DNA from: Candidatus Latescibacterota bacterium
Lineage (GTDB): Bacteria; Latescibacterota; UBA2968; GCA-2709665
Reading direction: 5' to 3'
Assembly (NCBI GenBank): GCA_965203805.1
Contig: OZ241917.1
Coordinates: 5,664,001-5,728,000, forward strand
DNA: 64,000 bases
Made by a program: the position numbers and the translations under genes. Within the stretch, counting starts at the first letter, position 1. Every line of letters begins with the position of its first letter. Positions 19,856-28,988 of this stretch are shown here, in pieces. The notes under the pieces were generated by a model. That model saw only the letters and a list, made by a program, of their open reading frames with translations, did no database searches and was not told the origin of the DNA.

Positions 19856-20895
19856 TGCGCGTAGCCCGTCTCTACGATTACGGCGACGTCCGCATCGAAG
19901 AAGAACCGATCCCGGAAATCGGTCCTGAAGACGCCCTCGTCAAAATGGCGGTTTGCGGCATCTGTACCAGCGATACGCTGCCGTGGTACGTGCGCCGCAA
20001 GGCTCCCATCGTTCTCGGCCACGAACCCGCCGGGACGATCGTCGACGTCGGCTCAGAAGCCACCGGATTCTCACCCGGGGATCGGGTTTTCGCTCACCAT
20101 CACGCCCCCTGCATGATCTGCCGTTTCTGCCGCCGGGGGCATTTTTCAATGTGCCCCACCTGGAAAGCCTCCGCGCTGGACCCCGGCGGACTCGCTGAAT
20201 TCGTCCGCGTTCCCGGTCTCAACCTCAAAACCGATACCCTGAAGCTACCGGCTTCGCTGTCCCTGGAAGACGGCGCGCTCGTCGAGCCGACCGCATGCGC
20301 GGTCCAGGCGCTGAAACGCCGCGCCCGCATGCAGCCTGGCGACCGCGTGGTGATCATCGGGATGGGCATTATGGGCCAGCTTCTCGCGCTGGTCGCCCGG
20401 CATTACGGCGCGTCCACCGTGATTGCGTCGGACATGGTGCCCTACCGGCTGGAAAAAGCCCTGGAACTCGGAGCCGACGCAGGCGTCAACGTTACGATGG
20501 AGGACTTGGCTGAATCCGTCGCTGACGCCACCCGCGGGGACATGGCCGACCTGGTTGTGGTCGGTCCGGGAACGCTGACGGCGATGGAGGCGGGTTTGAC
20601 CGCGGTGGGCGTGGGCGGGACCGTGCTTCTGTTCACACCTGCCGAACCCGGCCGAACCCTCTCTGTCGATCCTTACGATCTCTATTCCAGGGACATTACC
20701 CTCCTGACCAGTTATTCCTGCGGTCCTCCCGACACCGTGGAAGCCCTGGACATCGTTGGGCGAGGGGTGGTGACCGCCGGAAAACTCGTCACCCACCGTT
20801 TCTCTCTGGAAGAAGCCGCCGCCGGTTTTCAGACCGTGGCGGAAGCCGGGGAATCCGTCAAGACCCTTATCGTCATCGACGATACCCAGGCGTAG
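19855..20895 (+). CDS. zinc-dependent medium-chain dehydrogenase
   Basis: CGICTSD, GHE, CMICRFC...C, GMGIMG; TAATG overlap with the previous gene. Confidence 0.9.
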   Translation: MRVARLYDYGDVRIEEEPIPEIGPEDALVKMAVCGICTSDTLPWYVRRKAPIVLGHEPAGTIVDVGSEATGFSPGDRVFAHHHAPCMICRFCRRGHFSMCPTWKASALDPGGLAEFVRVPGLNLKTDTLKLPASLSLEDGALVEPTACAVQALKRRARMQPGDRVVIIGMGIMGQLLALVARHYGASTVIASDMVPYRLEKALELGADAGVNVTMEDLAESVADATRGDMADLVVVGPGTLTAMEAGLTAVGVGGTVLLFTPAEPGRTLSVDPYDLYSRDITLLTSYSCGPPDTVEALDIVGRGVVTAGKLVTHRFSLEEAAAGFQTVAEAGESVKTLIVIDDTQA

Positions 20896-20973
20896 AGGCC
20901 GGCGCCCGCCGTTGTCCGGCGGTCTCGCCGACCCTGCGATCCATTGTTTTTCGTTATCGGAAAGGATGCCGGC

Positions 20974-21165
20974 ATGCCCTATGTCAACGTGAAAATGCTC
21001 GACGGACGCACGAAGGACCAGAAACGTGAACTGGTCAGGGCCATTACAGACGCCCTGCAGAATATCTGTGGCGCGAAACCGGAAGGCACGATGGTGGTCA
21101 TCGAGGAGGTGACCCGCGATCACTGGTCGGTGGGCGGGGTGCTGATTGCGGACAGGGACACGTAG
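20974..21165 (+). CDS. 4-oxalocrotonate tautomerase family protein
   Basis: Catalytic Pro-1 (MPYVNVKMLDGRTKDQKR), WSVGG. Confidence 0.9.
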   Translation: MPYVNVKMLDGRTKDQKRELVRAITDALQNICGAKPEGTMVVIEEVTRDHWSVGGVLIADRDT

Positions 21166-21289
21166 TGTTCTGACCCGGATATCCCTCGCCATTCGACCGT
21201 AGATTAATCCCGTCTCGCTACGTTCCCCTCGCTTGCCGAACTTACACAGGTCGTCTGTGACCTGGTGTGCGGTTTTCGCGCGTTTGACC

Positions 21290-21318
21290 TTGACAGAATT
21301 CTACACGCCGCCTATATT
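21290..21318 (+). promoter_or_regulatory. sigma70-type promoter for the TPR-mdh unit
   Basis: TTGACA-17 nt-TATATT. Confidence 0.6.
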
Positions 21319-21461
21319 GCACCGATCCGACGATTGGTTCTGAAAAAGCGGTATGATTCTCGATGGGTTCAACCCTGTCAGAGGGTCGTGCTGTGTTTCC
21401 GTGCCTGGACGTACATCGGCCGAATCGATGGTACGGTGTAAATAAAGAAAGGGGTACGACT

Positions 21462-22700
21462 TTGGACCTCATCATACGATACCTGCACAGACCGGGCATT
21501 TCCGTGCTCGCGCTCCTTGTGGTGGCTACCCTCGGGACCGCGCTTCCGGAGGCGGACGCATCGAAAAAGAAGATTACAAAGGGCGATGCCAAGATTGCCA
21601 AGCGGTCCGCCCACCTCTACATCAGCCAGCGGTTGTTCGACAAGGCCCTCGCCCAGTTGCTGATCGTCATCGAAGGCGATCCCAACGACGTACAGGCGCA
21701 CTTCATGCTTGGCGAGATCTATTCCGAGAAGAACATGCAGGATGAGATGAGAAAGGAATTCGAACTGGTTCTGGCAACGAAGAAAGGGAAGAAGAAATTC
21801 GCCAAGAAGATCCAGCCCTATCTGGACATGTGGTGGAGCCGGAACTACAATAACGCGGTTCGGGCGATTGGCGCCGAAGACTACGGCGCGGCCATCGAGT
21901 CCCTCCAGAGAGCCATCGCGCTGGCGCCGGAGAAGCCCATGACCTATCAGGCGCTGGGGGTGACCTACCTGAACATGGGCCAGGCGCAGGCGGGCATCGA
22001 CGCCTATGAAAAGGCGGTGGAACTCGACAGCACGGAAGCGTCTTCGTTCGTCAACCTGGGCCGTGCGTATATGAACATGAAAAATTACGAAGAAGCGATG
22101 CAGTGCTTCGCCAGGGCATGTGAGCTCGTGCCCGACAACGCCGGTTATCTGAACGACCTCGCCCGCGCCCAGCAGTATATGGACGACAAGGCCGGCGCGC
22201 TCGAAACCGCGGAGAAGGCCCTCGCCATCGACCCCGATAATCTGGACGTGTTGATCATGGCCGGCCAGATGCACCTGATGGGGGGCAATTACGAGAAGGC
22301 GGCCGAACTGCTCGAAAGGGTAACCGCGCAAAGGCCGGATGACGTCGATACGCTGTTCAATCTCGCGGAATGCTACCGGAATCTGGGCAGAACCGACGAG
22401 GCCGTCAACCTGTTCCTGAAGAGCGTCCAGGCCAATCCGCAGGATGCGGACGCCTGGTTCCGGCTGGGCCGGATCTATGAAAAGCAGGGCAAGTTCAAGG
22501 AGTCCATCGATGCCCTCAAGATGGTCGTCAGCCTGAGGGCCACAAGCGTGTCGGGCTGGCAGGCGCTTTCCCGATCGTGGGCCCTGCTTTCGCAGGAGCA
22601 GTCAGACGCGGGTATGGACGACGCGGCTTCGGAGAGCGCGAAGAGTGCGGAGGAGGCATATAATATGAGTACGAGCCTGCAAGACCAGGCCGCCGAGTGA
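21462..22700 (+). CDS. secreted tetratricopeptide-repeat protein
   Basis: TTG start with AAAGGGG RBS, signal-like segment, multiple TPRs. Confidence 0.85.
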   Translation: MDLIIRYLHRPGISVLALLVVATLGTALPEADASKKKITKGDAKIAKRSAHLYISQRLFDKALAQLLIVIEGDPNDVQAHFMLGEIYSEKNMQDEMRKEFELVLATKKGKKKFAKKIQPYLDMWWSRNYNNAVRAIGAEDYGAAIESLQRAIALAPEKPMTYQALGVTYLNMGQAQAGIDAYEKAVELDSTEASSFVNLGRAYMNMKNYEEAMQCFARACELVPDNAGYLNDLARAQQYMDDKAGALETAEKALAIDPDNLDVLIMAGQMHLMGGNYEKAAELLERVTAQRPDDVDTLFNLAECYRNLGRTDEAVNLFLKSVQANPQDADAWFRLGRIYEKQGKFKESIDALKMVVSLRATSVSGWQALSRSWALLSQEQSDAGMDDAASESAKSAEEAYNMSTSLQDQAAE

Positions 22701-22729
22701 ATCGGACCGGCCGCCGGGAGAATGAACCG

Positions 22730-23740
22730 ATGTATCTAACGGATGAGAAAGTCGCCGTTCTGGGCGCGGCCGGAGCCATCGGCTCCAATCTCGCCCAGAC
22801 CCTGCTGGCGTCGGGTACCGCCAGCAGGGTATCTATGTACGACCCGTTCGAACCCGGACTCGAGGGGGCCGCCGAGGAAATCTACCACTGCGGATTTCCG
22901 GGCGCGAACGTCACCTGGACAACCGATATCGCCGAAGCCCTTTCCGGCGCCGCATACGTGATCAGTTCGGGCGGGGCGCCTAGGAAAGAAGGGATGACGC
23001 GCGAAGACCTCACGCGGGACAACGGCCTGATCGCAAAGCAGCTCGGCCTGGACATCAAGCAGCATTGTCCGGCCTGCAAGTTCGTCATTATCATTTTCAA
23101 CCCCGCGGACATCACCGGGCTCACCACGCTGGTGCACTCAGGCCTTCCCTCCGGCAGGGTGGCCACGCTGGCCGCCCTGGACAGTACACGGCTGCAGACT
23201 GCGCTGGCCCAGCATTTCGGAATCCGGCAGGACCTGGTCACCGGCTGCAAGACCTACGGCGGCCACGGCGAGACGATGGCCGTATTCACGAGTGGAACCG
23301 CGGTTGACGGCATCCCCCTCACGGATATCCTCACGGGCAGTACCGTAAACAGCGTAGGCCTCACGCCGGAGGCGTGGAGTGGCATCCAGTCCCACGTGAC
23401 CGGCGGCGGCGCCCGGATCATCCGGTTGCGAGGCCGCTCGTCTTTCCAGTCTCCCGCGCAGCAAAGCGTCTTCATGTTGCGGGGGTTGTTCGGCGAACCC
23501 TACGACTGGCCGTGCGGCGCTTACGTCGGCAACGGTGAATTCAGCAATATCATGATGGCCCTGCCTGCGACGCTTTCGGCAGACGGCGTAACCAGCAGCA
23601 TGCCTGAGGGAACGGAAGAAGACATGCAGGCGCTGAGGAGTTCCTACGCCCACCTCGTCGGATTGCGCGACGAGATCATCCGGGAGGGCATTCTGCCGCC
23701 CCTGTCGGAGTGGGGGCGCAGCAACCCGAATCTGGCATAG
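22730..23740 (+). CDS. mdh: malate dehydrogenase
   Basis: GAAGAIG, GAPRKEGMTREDL, NPAD, LDSTRL, GGHGE, RGRSSF. Confidence 0.88.
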   Translation: MYLTDEKVAVLGAAGAIGSNLAQTLLASGTASRVSMYDPFEPGLEGAAEEIYHCGFPGANVTWTTDIAEALSGAAYVISSGGAPRKEGMTREDLTRDNGLIAKQLGLDIKQHCPACKFVIIIFNPADITGLTTLVHSGLPSGRVATLAALDSTRLQTALAQHFGIRQDLVTGCKTYGGHGETMAVFTSGTAVDGIPLTDILTGSTVNSVGLTPEAWSGIQSHVTGGGARIIRLRGRSSFQSPAQQSVFMLRGLFGEPYDWPCGAYVGNGEFSNIMMALPATLSADGVTSSMPEGTEEDMQALRSSYAHLVGLRDEIIREGILPPLSEWGRSNPNLA

Positions 23741-23763
23741 GTACCGAACTGAAATCACACGTT

Positions 23764-23793
23764 GAAGGGGCGCCCGTCGGGTTGCCCCTTTTC
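23764..23793 (+). terminator. intrinsic terminator after mdh
   Basis: AAGGGGC...GCCCCTT stem followed by a T-rich tract. Confidence 0.65.
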
Positions 23794-23880
23794 GTTTGCC
23801 GCACCTGGGCTTTTTCGTTATTTTCAGGCCGCAAACCGCAGAAACCGCGCCACGCTTCACCCCCATCGTCGAGGAACTCC

Positions 23881-25029
23881 GTGTCCACACCCTACGACAT
23901 GCTCATCAAGGGCGGGACGGTGATCGACCCGGCGCAGAATCTGCATGCGGTCCGGGACGTGGCCGTTACGGGCGGACGGATCGCCGCGCTGGAAGATGAG
24001 ATCTACGAAGAGACGGCGCAGACCGTGGTCGACGCCGCCGGGTACCTGGTAACGCCCGGCCTGATCGATCTGCACGTCCACGTCTGGTGGGGCGTCTCGC
24101 ATTACGGCGTGGAAGCGGACCCCACGTGCCTGGCCAGAGGCGTGACCACCGTCTACGATACCGGTTCCGCGGGCGCCGACACGTTTCCGGGATTCAGGAA
24201 GTACGTGATCCACGCCAGCGCAACCCGAATCAAGGCCTTCCTGCACGTCTCGTCGCAGGGCTTGCTCTCGCCCGATATCGGCGAACTTACGGATCTCCGG
24301 TTCGCCGACGTGGACCGCGCCGTACGGATGTGTGAGGAATACAAGGAAGACATTGTCGGCGTCAAGATCCGGATGACGACGAAATTGGTTGGGGAGAACG
24401 GCGAAGAAGGGCTGAAGCGGGCACGCGAGATATCCGACGCCACCGGTCTCCCGCTGATGATCCACCCCAACGCCAGCCCCCTGTCGTTCGATGCAATGAT
24501 CGACGAATTGCGTGCCGGAGACATCGTCACCCACTGCTTTCACCAGAGCGACACCGGCATCCTGGACGATTCGGGCGCGGTCCGTCCCGCCGCGCGAAGG
24601 GCCGCGGAAAACGGGATTCTCTTCGACGTGGGCCACGGCCAGGGCAGCTTTGTGTTCGACGTTGCCGAAGCCGCATTGGCTCAGGACTTCCCGCCGGGCG
24701 CTATTTCGAGCGACCTGCACGTCTACAATCTGAACGGGCCGGTGTTCGACCTCCTCACCACCGTCTCCAAATTTCTCTTCCTTGGCCTGTCGCTGGATCA
24801 GGCCCTGGAGAAGGTGACGGCGGCCCCGGCGCGCGCCATGGGCGTACTGGATGAAATCGGCACGCTGCGTCCCGGAGCGGCGGCCGACCTGGCCATCCTC
24901 GACCTCAAATCGGGCAAATTCGTTTTCACCGATACAAGCGGCCGGACCCGTTCGGCTGAACAGAAACTCGAAGCGGTTTCCACCATCCGCGCCGGCAGGC
25001 TCTATGCAGCGTCGGCGTTCGAAGACTGA
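23881..25029 (+). CDS. amidohydrolase/deacetylase family metallohydrolase
   Basis: PGLIDLHVH, GVKIR, MIH, THCF, DVGHG, SSDLH; GTG start with GAGG RBS. Confidence 0.88.
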   Translation: MSTPYDMLIKGGTVIDPAQNLHAVRDVAVTGGRIAALEDEIYEETAQTVVDAAGYLVTPGLIDLHVHVWWGVSHYGVEADPTCLARGVTTVYDTGSAGADTFPGFRKYVIHASATRIKAFLHVSSQGLLSPDIGELTDLRFADVDRAVRMCEEYKEDIVGVKIRMTTKLVGENGEEGLKRAREISDATGLPLMIHPNASPLSFDAMIDELRAGDIVTHCFHQSDTGILDDSGAVRPAARRAAENGILFDVGHGQGSFVFDVAEAALAQDFPPGAISSDLHVYNLNGPVFDLLTTVSKFLFLGLSLDQALEKVTAAPARAMGVLDEIGTLRPGAAADLAILDLKSGKFVFTDTSGRTRSAEQKLEAVSTIRAGRLYAASAFED

Positions 25030-25045
25030 CCACGGGGTACCCCTT

Positions 25046-25828
25046 ATGAATATACTGGTGCTGTGCGATCTCGAAGGCGCCGCCGGCGTTGTCGACTTCC
25101 ACACGCAGACCTATGACGACACGCGCTACAACGACCAGGCGAAAAACCTGTCCACCCTCGAAATCAACGCGCTGGTGGACGGCGCAAGAGAGGGCGGCGC
25201 GGACCAGGTCATCGTGCTGGACGGACACGGCAGCGGAGGAATCAACATCGAACTGATCCACTACGAAGCGAAGGTGATGTTCGGCCGTCCGCTGGTCTCC
25301 GCCTGGGACCTGGGCGTCGACTTCGACGCCATGTTTCTCTACGGCCACCATGCCATGGAGAATACCCCCGCGGGCGTGCTGTGCCACAGCTGGAGCTCGC
25401 GGGCGATTTCAAACTGCTGGCTCAATGGAGAACTCATAGGCGAAATCGGGTTCAACATCGCCCACGCGGGGGAGGCCGGCGTGCCCACGGCTTATATCAG
25501 CGGCGACCGGGCAGCCGTCGACGAAGCGCGCGGGTACGTGGAAAATATCGAAGGCGTGGTCGTCAAGGAAGGGCTCAGCAGAACCGCGGCGCTCACGCTG
25601 TCTCCCGCGAAAGCCCGGGACCTCATCCGGGACGGTGCGGAAACGGCCATGCGCCGCATCGGCGAGTTCCGGGCGTACCGCGTTCCGGGACCCTACACAT
25701 TTGAAACGGAATACAGGGCCGAATCGAGCGCCGCGTCCAGGGCCTCCAGACCCGGCGTCGAGCGCGTCGATACCCACACCGTCAGAGTAACCGGCGACAC
25801 GCTTGCAGAGATCGCGAAGAAGAAATAG
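25046..25828 (+). CDS. M55 family D-aminopeptidase (DppA-like)
   Basis: CDLEG, DGHG, GHHA, CHSWS, GEIG, SGD. Confidence 0.88.
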   Translation: MNILVLCDLEGAAGVVDFHTQTYDDTRYNDQAKNLSTLEINALVDGAREGGADQVIVLDGHGSGGINIELIHYEAKVMFGRPLVSAWDLGVDFDAMFLYGHHAMENTPAGVLCHSWSSRAISNCWLNGELIGEIGFNIAHAGEAGVPTAYISGDRAAVDEARGYVENIEGVVVKEGLSRTAALTLSPAKARDLIRDGAETAMRRIGEFRAYRVPGPYTFETEYRAESSAASRASRPGVERVDTHTVRVTGDTLAEIAKKK

Positions 25829-25851
25829 CCGCGCCATTAAAGGAAATCAGA

Positions 25852-26949
25852 ATGGACACCTCTTCCGTCGGGTACGAAAAGTGGGACCTGGATACGCCGG
25901 CACTGATGCTCGACCTGGACCTTCTTGAGAACAACATCGCCCGGATTGCCGCGCGCTGCAATGAATGCGGCGTTCGCTGGCGTCCGCATACCAAGGGAAA
26001 CAAGACCCCGGCCATCGCGCACAAACTGCTCGACGCCGGTGCGATCGGCATCACCTGCGCCAAGCTCGGTGAAGCCGAAGTCATGGCCGCGGCGGGCATC
26101 AAGGACATCCTCGTTGCCAACCAGGTCGTGGGCGACAGGAAGATGGCCCGCCTGACCCACCTTCAGCGGCATGCCGACGTCATGGTCGCCGTCGATCACC
26201 CGGTCCACGTCGACATGATTTCGGAAGCGGCGCAGGCCGTGGGGGTAAGCGTTCGGGTGCTGGTCGAACTGGACATCGGGATGCGGCGCTGCGGGGTGGG
26301 CGCGGGTAAGCCCGCCTTGAAACTGGCGCAGCGCGCCGACGCCGCCCCCGGGGTGGCGTTCTCCGGCCTGATGGGTTACGAGGGCCAGGCGATGGATCTG
26401 CCGGATCCGGAGAAAGCGTCGGCCTGTGCCGAGGCCGTCGACCTACTCGCGGGCTCACGCGAGCACATCGAGGCGTCGGGCATCGAATGTCCGATCGTCA
26501 GCGCAGGCGGGACCGGAACGCTGGCCTTCACGCCGGCGTGTCCGGGACTCACGGAAATCCAGGCCGGCGGCGGGATTATGATGGACACCTTTTATGCCAC
26601 GTCGCTGGGCGTGAGAGGACTGGAGCACGCCCTCTCCATACTGGCCACGGTGGTTAGCCGACCGGCGCCGGACCGGGCCTACATCGACGCCGGTAGAAAA
26701 ACCACCAGTTCGCAGTTCGGCCTGCCCTGGGTGAAGCGCGAGGACGGTATCGACGTTGTCGGCCTGTCCGCGGAACACGGGCATCTGGAACTGCAGAACC
26801 CGGACCATCCGCTGAAAATCGGCGACAGGATCGAACTCATTTCAGGATACAGCGATATGACGGTCTTCCTCCACAACCAGATCTACGGCATCCGCAACGA
26901 CCGGGTGGAGGCCGTCTGGGACATCCTCGGCCGGGGCAAATTGCAATGA
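25852..26949 (+). CDS. DSD1-family PLP enzyme (D-threonine aldolase/D-serine dehydratase-like)
   Basis: DTPAL, RPHTK, MGYEG, SAGGT, DAGRK, SAEHG. Confidence 0.88.
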   Translation: MDTSSVGYEKWDLDTPALMLDLDLLENNIARIAARCNECGVRWRPHTKGNKTPAIAHKLLDAGAIGITCAKLGEAEVMAAAGIKDILVANQVVGDRKMARLTHLQRHADVMVAVDHPVHVDMISEAAQAVGVSVRVLVELDIGMRRCGVGAGKPALKLAQRADAAPGVAFSGLMGYEGQAMDLPDPEKASACAEAVDLLAGSREHIEASGIECPIVSAGGTGTLAFTPACPGLTEIQAGGGIMMDTFYATSLGVRGLEHALSILATVVSRPAPDRAYIDAGRKTTSSQFGLPWVKREDGIDVVGLSAEHGHLELQNPDHPLKIGDRIELISGYSDMTVFLHNQIYGIRNDRVEAVWDILGRGKLQ

Positions 26950-27158
26950 ACGAAGGGGAGCCGCGCGTCGTGGTGGACCAGGCCGGCAACCGCGTCGGCG
27001 TCCTGCTTGACGTCGACGAATACGAACGCCTCGTCAAAGCGTCGGAAATGCTGGAATCCCTCGGGGCACGGGAAGACCGGAAGGGATCCGGTTCGGACTA
27101 TTCCCCCGAAGAAAAAAAACTGATGGAAGACCGGCTCGAGTCTCTGGGCTATCTCTAG
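26946..27158 (+). CDS. 70-aa protein: antitoxin-like N-terminus plus LxxLGY tail
   Basis: ATGA overlap with the upstream gene; VVVDQAGNRVGVLLDVDEYERL; C-terminal YSPEEKKLMEDRLESLGYL. Confidence 0.75.
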   Translation: MNEGEPRVVVDQAGNRVGVLLDVDEYERLVKASEMLESLGAREDRKGSGSDYSPEEKKLMEDRLESLGYL

Positions 27159-27217
27159 GCGCTTCCTTCATCCGCTGTCCACCGACCGCCCCCGGGCGGC
27201 GCAATCGCACGAGTCCC

Positions 27218-27796
27218 ATGGTCGATCCCGAAACTATCGTCGTGGTCTCCGGCCTGCCGCGGTCGGGCACGTCGATGATGATGCAGATGCTCGAAGCCGG
27301 CGGAATGGACGTGCTGACGGACGGGCGGAGAACCGCCGACGAAGACAATCTCAGAGGTTATTACGAATACGAGAAGGTGAAGGCGCTCAAGACGGACAAT
27401 AGCTGGCTGCCGCGCGCGGGGGGCAAGGCCGTCAAGATAATTTCCGAACTGCTGAGGCATCTTCCCGGGACCTGTTCCTACAGAGTCATCTTCATGCGGC
27501 GGGCCATGGAGGAAATCCTCGCCTCTCAGGACCGGATGCTGATCCGGCGCGGCGTGGCGCAGGGCGAGCAGGCGGGCCACGGGGAGATCGCCCGGGTTTT
27601 CCGGAAGCATCTTCAGCAGACGGAAACCTGGCTTTCCGGACAACCCTTTATTCATACCCTCTATTCGGACCATCGACAGGTTCTGGCGAATCCTTCTCGC
27701 GAGGCTGCCCGGATCAACGCCTTTCTGAACAACCGCCTCGACGAATCGGCCATGGCCGCCGCCGTCGATCCTTTTCTCTATCGGCAGCGTCAATAG
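27218..27796 (+). CDS. sulfotransferase-family P-loop protein
   Basis: 5'-PSB-like VSGLPRSGTSMMMQML, NLRGYYE, FMRR...ILASQ. Confidence 0.85.
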   Translation: MVDPETIVVVSGLPRSGTSMMMQMLEAGGMDVLTDGRRTADEDNLRGYYEYEKVKALKTDNSWLPRAGGKAVKIISELLRHLPGTCSYRVIFMRRAMEEILASQDRMLIRRGVAQGEQAGHGEIARVFRKHLQQTETWLSGQPFIHTLYSDHRQVLANPSREAARINAFLNNRLDESAMAAAVDPFLYRQRQ

Positions 27797-27921
27797 AGCG
27801 CCTGCAAATCTACATGTGAATTCCGAAAGGCTTCCTTTCAGGGCGCCTTTTTTTATTGCAAGCTATCAGCTATCAGCTTGAGTCAAGAGCGATCATCAAA
27901 AGTCAAATTCAAAATCCCCTT

Positions 27922-28595
27922 TTCCCCAAATTCCCTGCCTCCGGCGGGTTCCTTTTGAAGCGACCAAAAGGAACCAAAAGTCGCCGCTGGGCGCGGGGCC
28001 TGCCATATGCACAGCGCGAACACCCTCACAGGATGCACGGGATACTCTGGCCTGTCACCCTCAATAGCAATTCAAACCGCGTAGCTTGACGGATCAGCGC
28101 GCTCTGCTCTAATAGTCCTCCAGTCGGGACGTACCGTTGTCGACCGATTGGCACCTGTATGATGAGGACAGCCGTTCGCTATCTTCCGACAGCTTAAGGC
28201 GAGATCGAAAGTCAGCTCACACCAAGACACGGAGGCACAAAGGGAGACAATCGAAAAGCGGGCTACCACAAGGGATGCACGTACGAAAAAATACGAACGC
28301 GGGGGGAGGAGACGCACCAATCAGCAATAGGCAAACGGCGGTACCCCCACGAATCCGTGAGATTGAACTTCCTGGAGGACCTTTTACCCGCCCGGTGGTA
28401 GTGGATGGGGCTTTTCCGCGCGAGTCCGTACAGCAAGAAAGTCCAGGAACGCTTACAAGGGTTTCAGGGCAGCGGCACACGTTATTGCCACTGAAGCGGT
28501 TCGCGGAAAAGCAGCCCCGCGGCGTTTGAGCGGCGCCCTTCTTTTTGGCCCTTTTTCTTGGGCGAAGCAAGAAAAAGGGCAAGGGAATAGGGGAA
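27922..28595. mobile_element. non-coding structured element with symmetric terminal hairpins (MITE- or ncRNA-like)
   Basis: Imperfect terminal inverted repeats, matching stem-loop plus loop-complement modules at both ends, internal 11-bp inverted repeat, no credible ORF. Confidence 0.55.
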
Positions 28596-28883
28596 TTTAG
28601 AGGGTGGGGGAGAATTAGAGAAGAAAGAAAGGTGATAGGAGACGCATAGCATGGAACGGCTTGGAACGCAGTTTCAAAGGGTGTCTGTCCGTCGACTAGC
28701 GACACGTCAGAACGCTATTGCTGTACCGTTGGCAAACCAGCCTGCTCCATCCTTCCAGGCGTCGATGGTTGCCTGAAAAACCATCCGTCAAATGTCGCTC
28801 AGGTTCACAAGTGTGACGATACACAACAGCCTCTCCAGCCGAAGGGATTTCGTATCTTATTGTTAATAAATAGTTTGTAATTT

Positions 28884-28899
28884 TGGCACGGCGATTGCA
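28884..28899 (+). promoter_or_regulatory. sigma54 (-24/-12) promoter
   Basis: TGGCACG-GCGA-TTGCA matches the consensus; AT-rich tract upstream. Confidence 0.75.
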
Positions 28900-28988
28900 T
28901 ATACTTTCCGCAGCACGAGCGATCACGCAAAAACGACAACCCCTTCTCCTCAAGTGAAACCGTTTACCTGTTGGATTCCGGAGCATCC

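Noticed and set aside
28150-28215. Possible hammerhead ribozyme (TGATGAG...CGAAA)
   Set aside because: Core reads ATGATGA rather than CTGATGA, and no stem II could be paired.
28137-28705. ORFs of 130 and 162 aa inside the structured element
   Set aside because: No recognisable motifs, atypical composition, and overlap with hairpins.
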